A stretch of 64,000 nucleotides of DNA. Origin: Macrostomum hystrix. Taxonomy: Eukaryota; Animalia; Platyhelminthes. Location of the stretch: positions 13,578,001-13,642,000 of the forward strand of contig CATNEN010000003.1 of the NCBI GenBank assembly GCA_950097015.1, read 5' to 3'. Below, one piece after another: positions 38,734-51,544 of this stretch. The first letter of the stretch is position 1; the number at the start of each line of letters is the position of its first letter. A program made the translations under genes and the position numbers. The notes beneath the pieces are model-generated. The model was not told where the DNA came from, did not search any database, and saw only the letters and a list, made by a program, of their open reading frames with translations.

Positions 38734-39179
38734 GCCGCAGCCACCGCAGCAGCAACTGTCCATCAACTCCGAGCCTCAATCTCCGCAATCTCATTCCGGT
38801 TTTCCGTCCGCAATAGATTTGCACCGGTGTTCCGCATCCGGCTTGGAAGATGGTACAGTCGATCAGCATCAACACCTGGCTGTCACCGAGGAGGTTAGAG
38901 AGGCTATATCGAAATCTGTGCTGCGAGAAATGCTTCGTCCAATGAATCGCAAGGATGTATTTCATAGCGGCTCGCTGCATCAGCTCAGCGAGTACACTAG
39001 GAGTAAGATGAGCATGGCTGGCACTAGAGAGTATTATCGATCCGTTACTAGCATACCGCCTGATGCTGGAAAACCTGCGGCACCTGCTAAATCAGCTATC
39101 AAACAAATGCTCGACGTTTCTATATTGAAATCGCCTACTTTCTGCCTACTGTTGGTGTCGTCTGTGCTAACGATGCTAG
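38366..39179 (+). CDS. SLC16/MCT transporter, exon 4 (large polyA/polyQ cytoplasmic loop and start of TM7)
   Basis: In-frame AAG acceptor at 38365 (less certain); RPMNRKDVFHSGSL and MLDVSILKSPTF motifs; donor G|GTGAGT. Confidence 0.85.
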
Positions 39180-39259
39180 GTGAGTTACAGTAGATTGATA
39201 TTCTCTTAACTAACCTCAGATCGCGTAATTTCTCTTATTCTATGAAACAATAATCTGAA

Positions 39260-39870
39260 TCCTGAAATCCTAAATTCCCGTTTCCGAAATCTCAATATCC
39301 GTATTCCCCATATCCTTAATCCCATTATCCTAAAGTCACTTATCCTAAAATCCACATCCTAAATCCCCACATCCTGCATACCGACATTCTAAATCCCCAG
39401 ATCCCAAATCCCCACATCCTAAATCTCAACATCCAGAATCCCAACATCCAAAATCCCCACATTCTAAATTCCCACATCCTAAATCCTCACATCCTAAATC
39501 CCCCATATCCTAAATCCCCGATATCCTAAACTCCCACATCCAAAATCCCCACATTCTAAATCCCCACATCCAAAATCCCCACATCCTAAATCCCCCATAT
39601 CCTAAAATCCCACATCCAAAATCCCCATACATCCTAAATCCCGACATCCTAAGTCAACACATCCTAAATACCAATGTCCTAAATCCCCACATCTTAAATC
39701 CCCACACCCTAAATCCCCACATCTTAAATCCCCTCATCTTAAATCCCTACATCTTAAATCCCACATCCTAAATCCCCAAATTCTAAATCCACACATCCTA
39801 AATCCCAACATTCTAAATACCTACACCCTAAATCGGGACATTGCAAATTCCCTCATCATAAATCCCTATG
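39260..39870. repeat. ~15-bp degenerate repeat AAATCCCCACATCCT
   Basis: Degenerate tandem copies. Confidence 0.88.
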
Positions 39871-40144
39871 TTAGGAAATTTCGAATTACAATGATCTAAA
39901 GCGTCATATTAAAAAATATTTGGTAAATATTTATTTCCTTAATTTCCACATTGTCGTTCTATTTGTCACATTCCCATGAAATCCTCATCAACTAAATCTA
40001 TTAATCTGCATATGATTCCTAATTATAAATCATTGTAACTTAGACATCCATAAATATCTATCTGTATTTAACTAAAGCAGGTTCTCATATCTAAAATATG
40101 CTGCAAAAGCCATAGACTATGAAACCATGATGGAATAATTGCAG

Positions 40145-40267
40145 GCTTCCTTCAGTTCTACCAGTTCATCAAGGGCTATGCCATGAAGCGTGGAATTCAG
40201 CACAGCGAGGCAACCTTGCTGGTGACGCTGATTGGAGTGGCCAACACTGTTGGACGAATTGTGGCTG
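40145..40267 (+). CDS. SLC16/MCT transporter, exon 5 (absent from ORF track)
   Basis: gcag| acceptor; GFLQFYQFIKGYA...LIGVANTVGRIVA; donor G|GTAAAT; phases match. Confidence 0.9.
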
Positions 40268-40344
40268 GTAAATCAATTATTGGTGTATATTATTGACTCC
40301 CTAGATAATTTATCCTAATCCTATATCTTAAGATATCTTAAGAT

Positions 40345-42460
40345 ATTTCTCAGATCCCAAATCTACATTTCTCAAATCCTAAATCTACATTTCTGAGATG
40401 CCAGATCTATATTTCTTAAATCCCAAATCTATATTTCTCAAATCCCAAATCTACATTTTTCAAATCCCAAATCTACATTTCTCAAATCCCAAATCTATAT
40501 TTCTCAAATCCTAAATCTACATTTCTCAAATCCCAAATCTATATTTCTCAAATCCCAAATCTACATTTCTCAAATCCCAAATCTACATTTCTCAAATCCT
40601 AAATCTACATTTCTCAAATCCCAAATCTATATTTCTCAAATCCCAAATCTACATTTCTCAAATCCTAAATCTACATTTCTCAAATCCTAAATCTACATTT
40701 CTCAAATCCCAAATCTATATTTCTCAAATCCCAAATCTACATTTCTCAAATCGTAAATCTACATTTCTCAAATCCCAAATCTATATTTCTCAAATCCCAA
40801 ATCTATATTTCTCAAATCCCAAATCTATATTTCTCAAATCCCATATCTACATTTCTCAAATCCTAAATCTACATTTCTCAAATCCCAAATCTATATTTCT
40901 CAAATCCCAAATCTACATTTCTCAAATCCCAAATCTATATTTCTCAAATCCTAAATCTACATTTCTCAAATCCCAAATCTATATTTCTCAAATCCCAAAT
41001 CTACATTTCTCAAATCCTAAATCTACATTTCTCAAATCCCAAATCTACATTTCTCAAATCCCAAATCTATATTTCTCAAATCCCAAATCTATATTTCTCA
41101 AATCCCAAATCTACATTTCTCCAATCCTAAATCTACATTTCTCAAATCACAAATCTATATTTCTCAAATCCCAAATCTATATTTCTCAAATCCCAAATCT
41201 ACATTTCTCAAATCCCAAATCTACATTTCTCAAATCCCAAATCTATATTTCTCAAATCCTAAATCTACATTTCTCAAATCCCAAATCTATATTTCTCAAA
41301 TCCCAAATCTATATTTCTCAAATCCCAAATCTACGTTTCTCAAATCGTAAATCTACATTTCTCAAATCCCAAATCTACATTTCTCAAATCCCAAATCTAT
41401 ATTTCTCAAATCCTAAATCTACATTTCTCAAATCCCAAATCTATATTTCTCAAATCCCAAATCTATATTTCTCAAATCCCAAATCTACATTTCTCAAATC
41501 GTAAATCTACATTTCTCAAATCCCAAATCTATATTTCTCAAATCCCAAATCTATATTTCTCAAATCCCAAATCTACATTTCTCAAATCCTAAATCTACAT
41601 TTCTCAAATCCCAAATCTATATTTCTCAAATCCCAAATCTACATTTCTCAAATCCCAAATCTATATTTCTCAAATCCTAAATCTACATTTCTCAAATCCC
41701 AAATCTACATTTCTCAAATCCCAAATCTACATTTCTCAAATCCTAAATCTACATTTCTCAAATCCCAAATCTACATTTCTCAAATCCCAAATCTATATTT
41801 CTCAAATCCCAAATCTATATTTCTCAAATCCCAAATCTACATTTCTCCAATCCTAAATCTACATTTCTCAAATCCCAAATCTATATTTCTCAAATCCCAA
41901 ATCTATATTTCTCAAATCCCAAATCTACATTTCTCAAATCCCAAATCTACATTTCTCAAATCCCAAATCTATATTTCTTAAATCCTAAATCTACATTTCT
42001 CAAATCCCAAATCTATATTTCTCAAATCCCAAATCTATATTTCTCAAATCCCAAATCTACATTTCTCAAATCCTAAATCTACATTTCTCAAATCCCAAAT
42101 CTATATTTCTCAAATCCCAAATCTACATTTCTCAAATCCCAAATCTATATTTCTCAAATCCCAAATCTACATTTCTCAAATCCCAAATCTATATTTCTCA
42201 AATCCCAAATCTACATTTCTCAAATCCCAAATCTACATCTCTCAAATCCCAAATCTATATTTCTCAGATCCCAAGTCTGTATTTTTCAAATCCCAAATCT
42301 ACATTTCTCAAATCCCAAATCTATATTTCTCAGATCCCAAATCTATATTTTTCAAATCCCGAATCTATAATTCTCAAACCCCAAATCTATATTTTCAAAT
42401 CTTAAATTAATATTTCTCAAATCCTAAATCTATATATCTCAGATGCCAAATCTATCTTTC
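40345..42460. repeat. 22-bp minisatellite CTCAAATCCCAAATCTACATTT
   Basis: About 95 copies. Confidence 0.97.
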
Positions 42461-42645
42461 TCTGATCCCACAGTCGATTTCTTCAACCTGAATTTTTGAG
42501 ATACAAACTCCGATAAAAATAAAAATAAAATAAAACTCTTTTATTATACAATCAGTAAACCTTAATTCCAAAATTTATTTTTTACGTAAACCTAATAAAA
42601 TTATTATATATATATATATATATTAATCGCAACAACTATTTTCAG

Positions 42646-42792
42646 GCTGGGCTTCCGATCGATCTTGGGCCGACGCTTTGTGGATCAATAATCTGGCCCT
42701 GATTGGGGCTGGCGCCGCTACTGCTTCAATCCCATTCTGTCACACATTAGCTCCTATGATTGGCTGCGCATGTTGCTACGGCTTGTTTATTG
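42646..42792 (+). CDS. SLC16/MCT transporter, exon 6
   Basis: ttttcag acceptor; GWASDRSWADALWINN...YGLFI; donor G|GTGAGT. Confidence 0.9.
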
Positions 42793-42829
42793 GTGAGTTT
42801 TGCTTGACACTTTTCACACTTTTGTCATC

Positions 42830-43797
42830 TGACACCTTTTTCATTAGACACCTGACACCAATCTTAGCTGACACCTATCTTAGCTGACAGTAACCTCACC
42901 TGACACCAATCTCACCTGACACCTATCTTAGCTGACCCCAGTCTTGCCTGACACCAATCTCACCTGACACCAATCTCACATGACACGAAACTCACCTGAC
43001 ACCAATCTCACCTGACACCAATCCTACCTGACACTAATCTTACCTGACACCAATCCCACCAGACACCAATCCCACCAGTCACCAATCCCACCTGACACCA
43101 ATCTTACCTGACACCAATCCTACCTGACACTAATCTTACCTGACACCAATCCCACCAGACACCAATCCCACCAGTCACCAATCCCACCTGACACCAATCT
43201 TACCTGACACCAATCCCACCAGACATCAATCCCACCAGACACCAATCCCATCTGACTCCAATCCTACATGACACTAATCCCACCTGACACCATACCTACC
43301 TGATACCAATCTCACCTGACACCAATCCCACCTGACACTAATCCCACCTGACACCAATCTTACCTGACACCAATCCCACCAGACACCAATCTTACCTGAC
43401 ACTAATCCCACCAGACACCAATCCCAACTGACATCGATTCCACCTGACACCAATCTTACCTGACACCGATCCCACCTGACACCAATCTTACCTAAAACAA
43501 ACCCCACTTGACACTTATCCTACCAGACACCAATCCCACCTGACACCAATCCCACCTGACACCAATCCTACCTGACACTAATCCCACCTGACACTAATCC
43601 CACCTGATACCAATTCCACCTGACACCAATCTTACCTGACACCAATCCCACCTGATACCAATCTTACCTGACACCAAACCCACCTGACACCAAACCAACC
43701 TGACACCAAACTCACCTGACACCAATCCATGACACCAAACCCACCTGACACCAAACTCACCTGACACCAAACTCACCTGACACCAATCCTACCTGAA
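42830..43797. repeat. 16-bp minisatellite CCTGACACCAATCCCA
   Basis: Fills almost all of SLC16 intron 6. Confidence 0.95.
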
Positions 43798-43852
43798 AAT
43801 CATCTCACCAAATCCTTATACACCTAGCCCTGTCAAAAATGTTTATTTTCAG

Positions 43853-44216
43853 CCGCGTGGGTATCTCTCCGCACCATCCTAGTTGTGGAACTAATGGGCC
43901 TGGATCGACTAACCAACGCATTCGGCCTTCTCCTGCTATTTCAAGGCGTTGGGATCATAGTCGGCCCTCCATTAGCTTCGGCCATAGATCAGCTAGATCC
44001 CACTCCGAACTATTCCCTTAGTTTCTATCTAGCAGGCGTCTTCCTGATTGTCTCCGGCATTTTGGGAATTCCGCTGCGTCGGCTGTGCCGCTGGGAGGAG
44101 CGACGCGATGAGTTGCGCAAGAGCCGCAGCCGCTCGAAGCGTTTCACTGTCGGCGGCGGTTCCGGCATCGCGTCTGCGGCTGGTAGCGGCTACTTAGCTC
44201 CAGGTACTATAGAGCT

Positions 44217-44253
<37 letters not shown>

Positions 44254-44466
44254 CTGCCAGGCGTTGTCATCGATAACAACTTCGAGCCGGCCGTAGCCGC
44301 GCCGCAGACTCCACCGCCGCAGCCGTCGGCTTTGAACACCGCCGGACCAGGCTTAACCGAATTGCCAACCTATCAGATGCAGTTCCCATCGGCTGCCGCA
44401 GCCGCAGCTGGAGGCCCAGCCTCCGGCCAGCGAACTGGAGACGATGAATTCGAGAGTAGAATCTAA
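43853..44466 (+). CDS. SLC16/MCT transporter, exon 7 (last)
   Basis: ttttcag acceptor; LVVELMGLDRLTNAFGLLLLFQGVGIIVGPPLA; polyQ tail; TAA. Confidence 0.93.
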
Positions 44467-44529
44467 AGTTACTTTTAGAGAGAGATAAAGCTACTATTAT
44501 CTTTAGAAAAAATAATAAAATCTTAAAAC

Positions 44530-44945
44530 AAAATCGGCGAATCTTTAGGGAGAGAATCGACGAATCTTTAGGAAGAGAATATTCGAATCTTTGGAATAGA
44601 ATAGAATAATCTTAGGGAGAGAATAGACGAATCTTAGGGAGAGAATAGACGAATGTTAGGAAGAGAATCGACGAATCTTAGGAAGAGAATAGTCGAATCT
44701 TAGGGAGAGAATAGACGAATCTTAGGAAGAGAATCGACGAATCTTAGGAAGAGAATCGACGAATCTTAGGAAGAGAATAGTCGAATCTTAGGAAGAGAAT
44801 CGACGAATCTTAGGAAGAGAATCGACGAATCTTAGGAAGAGAATAGTCGAATCTTAGGAAGAGAATCGACAAATCTTTGGAAGAGAATCGACTCATTTTT
44901 AAGGAAAATCGACGAATCCATTAACGATAATAGACGAATCTTGGA
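44530..44945. repeat. 22-bp minisatellite GAATCTTAGGAAGAGAATCGAC just 3' of SLC16 stop
   Basis: Tandem copies. Confidence 0.93.
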
Positions 44946-45335
44946 GAGAGAATTAACGAACCCTGAAAAAATATCTCAAATTTTTGTGTCGTTGCTTTAC
45001 CACCGTGTTTTCAATGTGCCCTCATTGTGAGTTGCCTATATAATTAACTTATTTTAATTAAATTTGGCTTTGTGTATTTTAGTTTAAAATGCGAAATTTC
45101 TTATTCTAACACTTCGATTTCTTTCGTCCATTTATGACTTAATTGTAGTTCTAAAGCACTTTTTTAGTCGAAATACCTGCGAGTTATTTTTGTTTTGATT
45201 AAAGTGACACTCATATTACTATTTGTACACTAGACCAATTCTCGGAAGAAATTAACCACTATTTTATTCTTTTATCCTATTTTTTATAACGTTACTAACA
45301 GAAGTAGTATCAGTAGTGAAATGATATGAAGAGTC

Positions 45336-45894
45336 TCTATCTATCTATTTGCAGGGGGGCCCGGGGCACTTGTCGCACAAGCGACGGAGCGGCACACCCT
45401 CAGACCGGCGAACTAGGCGCTTTTGCGCCCATCGCGCCGCCTCCGGGAGCCGGGGAGGGCAGGGGAGGGCAGGAGGCACCCAGAATAGGCAGCAGTGTCC
45501 CCCACCCCAGCCCCACACGCACATAGCAGACCAAGCCGGAAGGCTGATAAGAAATCAGTCCTCAGGGGGGGCGGGTGATGAGTGTACACTTATCCAATCG
45601 CGCTGACGGAAGTCCAGAAAGCTGGTGTACACCCGCCCTCCAGCCACCCCCCACAAGGCCTCACGCCCCAGCGCCAACGCACACAACTCACACAACGCAG
45701 AACAGGCACACAGAATGGTAGGAGCGAAGCAATTATTTCAAGCTTTGATTGCACGAAATATGGTGCACCTCCGCCGGTCGCTACTGTCCAAACCCTCCAA
45801 CAAATCCCGAAATTAATCGTGACTTGAAGGGTGAATCGAACTAGCGTCCTTTGGAGTGCGAGGCAACGACGTTAGCCGCTGACCCACTCGCCCC
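45336..45894 (-). mobile_element. tRNA-derived SINE family C, full length
   Basis: tRNA-like head at right end (B box GTTCGATTC), (TAGA)n tail, 13-bp TSD GATATGAAGAGTC. Confidence 0.92.
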
Positions 45895-47261
45895 GATATG
45901 AAGAGTCAATTCGATTAGAATGTTGTAAATTTGATATTTTGTTCTGGTGCTTCGCTTTCAGTACACGATTACTAGTAGTATGACTTTAGAAGGATACTAA
46001 TATTTTGAGTACATTTTATTAAAGAAAACCTAATATGTTTTTATTTATTTTATTTTATCAAAGCTCCGTGCTGCCTACTTATATTGTAAGTAGTAGTTTT
46101 CTAATTATATATTTCTAACTTGTTTTTTTGTTATAATATTTTCGTATTTTCTAATATCATTGGTAACCTTTCGTTAAGCAAATCATAAATGCATATAAAA
46201 GTTGTATCATTTTGCACGAATACAATAAATGTAACATTGCAGTTTTTAATGACATTAGATTAATTAATTTTGGTCCGCGATCACAATATTGCACATCCCT
46301 AAACTTGACATCGCTAAAGTTTCTCTCTCTAATAATACAATGACAATGAGTTTTTGGGAGATGTGAAATTAGAAGAGCTCAAAAATCTTAACTCTAGTCA
46401 ATAAATTGTTGACGCTGTTTTTCAGTCCATGTTTATAGGCTCGTATTCTCTACTCAGCTGTGTTTTTTGGTTTTTCATAAACCATTATGTTCTGCGTGTC
46501 TTGGTATACTTTGGAATTAAATTTCGTTATAAATAGAATCAATCTACTTTAAGTAGTCCTATTCACGTATTTTATACTTTTTGGCAGTAAAAATCAACTT
46601 CCAAAGTATGTCAAAAGAAAGGCAGAACTAGTTAAGAGCTTGGATTACGATATTATGAGTTATTTATATTTTCTTTGCTGTCAATACTACCCACGTGTTG
46701 GCCAATCAATGCATAAAATGTACTAATATTTCTGTCTCTCTTAACCAATTAGAAAGTACTTTCGGCTTTTATGTAGTCTTTTCTATCTTTTTGATGCAAT
46801 TTCAAGTAATTTTTATGATTACTAAAGAAATCTCAGATGTGAAAGGGATCTAAATCTCTTGTTCATTGCGTTTTTATTGTTAATTTTTAATTGATGTATG
46901 CTTTTTGTACACCTTACTATCTAACGGATAGCGAACTTTATTGTTTTGTACTTATCTCTGGCGTTTGTTCACAAGTGAATAATGAATTGCAAATCTATTG
47001 CAAGTAATTGCAAGTAAAGCAATAAATAAATATAATATCGTAATTGACTGCCATCGCCTCGCTTTGTAGCATTACCCTGATGCCAAGCACCCCGCTTCTC
47101 TATGGCCTTACTAAGCTTTCTGCCTTGCCCTTTCTTTTATTCGTTGTTTTGTTTCTTAGAGAAATTAACTTAAACCTTTCAAGTGTGTGTGAACATTTCC
47201 ACCTTTCCTTAACTCTCAAAGTTCCACTAAATTGTAGACAAGCTATGTCCTGCCTTTTCTA

Positions 47262-48670
47262 CCCCCTCCAAATGTACACTCGCTCTAGGCGCTGGCTCCC
47301 GCCTTTCCCACTCCACCCCCAAATGTACACTCGCTCTAGGCACTGGCTCTCGCCTTTCCCACTCCGCCCCGAAATGTACACTCGCTCTAGGCGCTGGCTC
47401 CCGCCTTTCCCACTCCACCCCCAAATGTACACTCGCTCTAGGCGCTGGCTCCCGCCTTTCCCACTCCGCCCCGAAATGTAAACTCGATCTAGGCACTTGC
47501 TCACGCCTTTCTCACTCCACCCCCGAATGTACACTCGCTCTAGGCGCTGGCTCCCGCCTTTCCCACTCCACCCCCAAATGTACACTCGCTCTAGGCGCTG
47601 GCTCCCGCCTTTCCCACTCCGCCCCGAAATGTAAACTCGATCTAGGCACTTGCTCACGCCTTTCCCACTCCACCCCCAAATGTACACTCGCTCTAGGCGC
47701 TGGCTCCCGCCTTTCCCACTCCTCCCCCAAATGTACACTCGATCTAGGCACTTGCTCCCGCCTTTCCCACTCCACCCCCAAATGCACACTCGCTCTAGGC
47801 GCTGGCTCCCGCCTTTCCCACTCCACCCCTAAATGTACACTCGCTCAAGGCACTGGCTCCCGCCTTTCCTACTTCACCCCAAAATGTACACTCGCTCTAG
47901 ATACTGGCTCCCGCCTTTGCCCCTCCACCCCAAAATGTACACTCGATCTACGCACTGGCTCCCGCCTTTCCTACTTCACCCCTAAATGTACACTCGCTCA
48001 AGGCACTGGCTCCCGCCTTTCCTACTTCACCCCAAAATGTACACTCGCTCTAGATACTGGCTCCCGCCTTTGCCCCTCCACCCCAAAATGTACACTCGAT
48101 CTACGCACTGGCTCCCGCCTTTCCTACTTCACCCCTAAATGTACACTCGCTCAAGGCACTGGCTCCCGCCTTTCCTACTTCACCCCAAAATGTACACTCG
48201 CTCTAGATACTGGCTCCCGCCTTTGCCCCTCCACCCCAAAATGTACACTCGATCTACGCACTGGCTCCCGCCTTTTCTACTTCGCCCCTAGGGTCGGTGG
48301 CAGAGCGGTTAGCGCGTCTGCCACTCGCACCACGGTCCTTAAGTTCGATTCCACAGCGAGGCCACTTTTGATTGGGGCGCAGCCGCGGAGAGAAGGCTTG
48401 GGGACTTGTGCGATTTATGCCTTTCAGGGCTAACCTCCAAGGCACAGTGAGAGTGTACACTGCCTGACGATGAGAAAGTCAGGGCAGATGTACTCACCTG
48501 CGTACAGTATCTGTGTGCGTGTGTGCTCAGGAGTCAGCGAAATGGGCAGAATTGCCTCCATGATGTGCCATTGCCCGCAGCCCTCCGGCATTATTATCAT
48601 TATTCTTATTCCTAATTCACCCCAAATGTACACTCGATCTAGGCACTGGCTCCCGCCTTTCCTACCCCTA
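47262..48670. repeat. 51-bp minisatellite (AAATGTACACTCGCTCTAGGCGCTGGCTCCCGCCTTTCCCACTCCACCCCC), SINE-interrupted
   Basis: About 20 copies. Confidence 0.95.
48291..48610 (+). mobile_element. SINE family A inserted in 51-bp minisatellite
   Basis: Match to 26700-27050, (ATT)n-like tail, array resumes at ~48620. Confidence 0.85.
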
Positions 48671-48993
48671 AAATTTCATTTTATGACCAATGACCCGTCG
48701 TTTTAACCCCCTTAAATTTAAATTCGCGACACTAAATAGTCGTTAGTTTTTTTTACACTTTTTCTTTATAGAGTCCATTAGCAAAAGAGATGTTTGTTCT
48801 TTTAAGTCTTAATGAGGCACTCGAATTACGTCATTATCAAACGCATAAAAATTTCCAGTCTCCATGTTTAGACTGTCTCTATCGGCGTCAGCCAAGAGCT
48901 GAATTTTTATTTATCGACGTTCGTGACTGCGATAGGCGGCGACATAAAATCAACAGGTTAAAGCAGCTCGAAGCTGAATATTGAAAAAAAATT

Positions 48994-49116
48994 ATGTCGC
49001 AAAGCGTTAGTCGAGTGTCGGCCGTGTCGGCTCTTTTGCCTGCTTCCGCCTTGGCTATCTGCGTATCCTACTCAATCACATATCATTCCGAGCATAGCCT
49101 GAAAACGCATTGTCAC
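48994..49116 (+). CDS. PGAP2: PGAP2 (Frag1/DRAM/Sfk1 family), exon 1 of 5
   Basis: In-frame stop upstream of ATG; hydrophobic helix then THCH; donor CAC|GTAAGT; 5 exons sum to 777 nt = 258 aa plus stop. Confidence 0.85.
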
Positions 49117-49182
49117 GTAAGTATTGACTTAGTCAGCTCAGTTCGTCTGCTGCTCACATTTTACACTCCTAGCCGACAGTCG

Positions 49183-49493
49183 CTGCTGACACTGCCTCTG
49201 CCTGGCACACTTTCTGCTGACAGTCGCTGCTGACACTCCCTGCTGACACTCCCTGCTGACACTCCCAGCTGACACTCCCTGCTGACACTCTCTGCTGACA
49301 CTCCCTGCTGACACTCCCTGCTGACACTCTCTGCTGACACTCCTTGCTGACACTCCCTGCTGACCCTCTCTGCTGACACTTCCTGCTGACACTCCCTGCT
49401 GACACTCCCTGCTGACACTCTCTGCTGACACTTCCTGCTGACACTCCCTGCTGACACTCCCTGCTGACACTCCCTGCTGGCACTCTGCTGACA
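49183..49493. repeat. 13-bp minisatellite CTGACACTCCCTG
   Basis: Tandem copies. Confidence 0.95.
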
Positions 49494-49564
49494 TTCGGAT
49501 AGAAGTCTTGAGGGCTTGTCATATAAATTTCGCCCATTTTGGGCAAACCTCAGGTGATAAAATT

Positions 49565-49635
49565 GTGCTTGTGACCTCAGGAATCAGCGGAATGGGCAGA
49601 CTAACCTCCTCGCTTCGGGTCTACTGTCGCCATAA
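49565..49635 (+). mobile_element. SINE family A 3' fragment
   Basis: ctcaggaatcagcggaatgggcaga...cctcctcgct...gggtcta matches 26956-27007. Confidence 0.6.
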
Positions 49636-50023
49636 ACGCTTTAGTACCCACAACCCATGTAATTATTATAATTAGCCTCTGCTGTCAACCATGCTTCACA
49701 TACCAGCTGACCAAATCACGAAACTGAGTTTTTTAAAATGTAGTAAATATTTTGCTGTAACTTTTCCGCACAGCGCAAAATAACTCCGCATAGAGTTTAA
49801 ATTGTAGCGGGGTTGATTTTTATTACGTTGGAAAACGCTTTACGCATTGCAAAAAGCTGACGGGTTAGTAATGGGCAGGTTATTGTATGCAAATATTTCC
49901 GATTAAGAAAAAACTTTTCTTTGTAAGACAGAAAATTGTATGTCTTTGTGGTCACTTAATAAATTGATGTTTAATATGGTGTTCAATAGTCTTGTCCGAC
50001 GGAGATCAGCAAATCAACACGAT

Positions 50024-51067
50024 TCACTCTCGGCCTCGACAACAGCCCAGCACTCGTCCAGCGATTCCTTTCAGCATGTTTTTAAAAGCTTTTCGAAAAC
50101 TTGCGCCGATCAAATAAGAGAACGGGTCCGTTACATTGTGCAGAAAAGTGACCCAATAGAGGCTCTGATAAATGAGGTCTAGCTCAGCCTCGCTAAGCGG
50201 CGGCAATCCCATTTGATAAGTGTAGCCTTCATAAACAGACATTGCCGCTCTGGGAGCGTGTGATATAAAAAAGACTGTATTCATTAAAATCATGACAATG
50301 CAGCTGCGAACATTCCTTTTGATATGTGGTTTGTCCGTTTGATCACCCGCGGCTGATAATTTAGCAGCTTTTCTAGCTTTCAATCGAAGTGTCACAGTCA
50401 CTACTACGCAGCCGGATAGCAGAATTGCAAACAATGCCACTTTGCTCAGGTAGAAATCAACATTGTACTGAATATTATCGATTGTGTCACGCAAAGTGAT
50501 ATCGTTAATTGGACGACACATCTGACCATTGAAGAAAAACAAAGCCGACCAGAGCGCAGGACCGAGACTGCCCACAACTGCCAGCAGCAACAATAGCATG
50601 CAGTTTCTCTTCACCGTAATGATTTGTTTCACCTTCAATGGCAAAGTCACGGCCAGCGTCCGTTCGAGTGTGAGTGCAACCTGAAAGAATGGCGTGCCGT
50701 TGATTAGAAAGGCCATCAAGTATAATAAGATTTTACAAGATGCTGTACTCCTGTGTACATAGTTTAACAAAGTTGGAACTGGCGAATTAACGACTTTTGT
50801 CACGGCGTTCTGATAATAATATGTGCCGCTAATAGACAAGACTATGATATCACAGCTAGTGATGATTAGCATGTTGAATCTAGCAATTTTTGGAAACAGC
50901 TTTTTGTTAATAGCAATAGTTGCTAAGCACAACAGATTGAAGATAACGCCAAATAGCAACAGAATTGGCATCAGCCAGATGAGAATATTGCTGAACGCCC
51001 AGCGCCATCTTGGATTGTCGAACCAATTTTTCTCTTGCTCTTCATATTCCGTTGAGTTTGACTCCAT
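50024..51067 (-). CDS. Rhodopsin-class (class A) GPCR, peptide-receptor-like orphan, single coding exon, 347 aa
   Basis: Seven hydrophobic segments; TM1 N, TM2 D, TM3 Cys and LTLERTLAVTLP, TM6 FFISHAP, TM7 DPFSY, helix 8 FRK; first ATG at 51067 (track starts at a TTG). Confidence 0.9.
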   Translation of the reverse strand: MESNSTEYEEQEKNWFDNPRWRWAFSNILIWLMPILLLFGVIFNLLCLATIAINKKLFPKIARFNMLIITSCDIIVLSISGTYYYQNAVTKVVNSPVPTLLNYVHRSTASCKILLYLMAFLINGTPFFQVALTLERTLAVTLPLKVKQIITVKRNCMLLLLLAVVGSLGPALWSALFFFNGQMCRPINDITLRDTIDNIQYNVDFYLSKVALFAILLSGCVVVTVTLRLKARKAAKLSAAGDQTDKPHIKRNVRSCIVMILMNTVFFISHAPRAAMSVYEGYTYQMGLPPLSEAELDLIYQSLYWVTFLHNVTDPFSYLIGASFRKAFKNMLKGIAGRVLGCCRGRE

Positions 51068-51544
51068 TGTGTCTGGCGGCGTCGTTTCAGGTGAAAAAAT
51101 GATCAAACTGTGCGATGATTTCGGCTAAGAAACTTTTAAACGTCGGAAGGTTGTTTTATAGAAAAGAACAAAAAACAACATACTCCTTGACTAGTATTCA
51201 TATGGTATCAAATGCAATCCATTAGGATCGTTTTCCTAATATAGTGGAAAAGAAATGTCTACACAAAAATTTCGCGCTCTGTTTTTGTGACGTTTCTTTT
51301 TCTCCTCATGGTTAGTAAAAGAGCAGCTCTCCCCGATACAATTTGAGAGGATAAAAGCGTTGCATAAGCTTCTCCTAAATCCCCGAGTGGTTTTTATTGT
51401 GATATTCAAGACGCCAAATATTTTAAAGGCTTATGTAATGATCTGTTGCCTACTTATTTTTCTGCAACCGAAACAACCTCAATCGATTTGCTGTTTTAAC
51501 CTAGCTCCTACAAAATCTAAAAAATTGTTGCTTTCTCTCAAGCC

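Noticed and set aside
45540-45640. CTGA-containing motifs in SINE C (and CTGACGATGAGAAA in SINE A) suggesting a hammerhead ribozyme
   Set aside because: No CUGANGA-stem II-GAAA-stem III-UH arrangement on either strand
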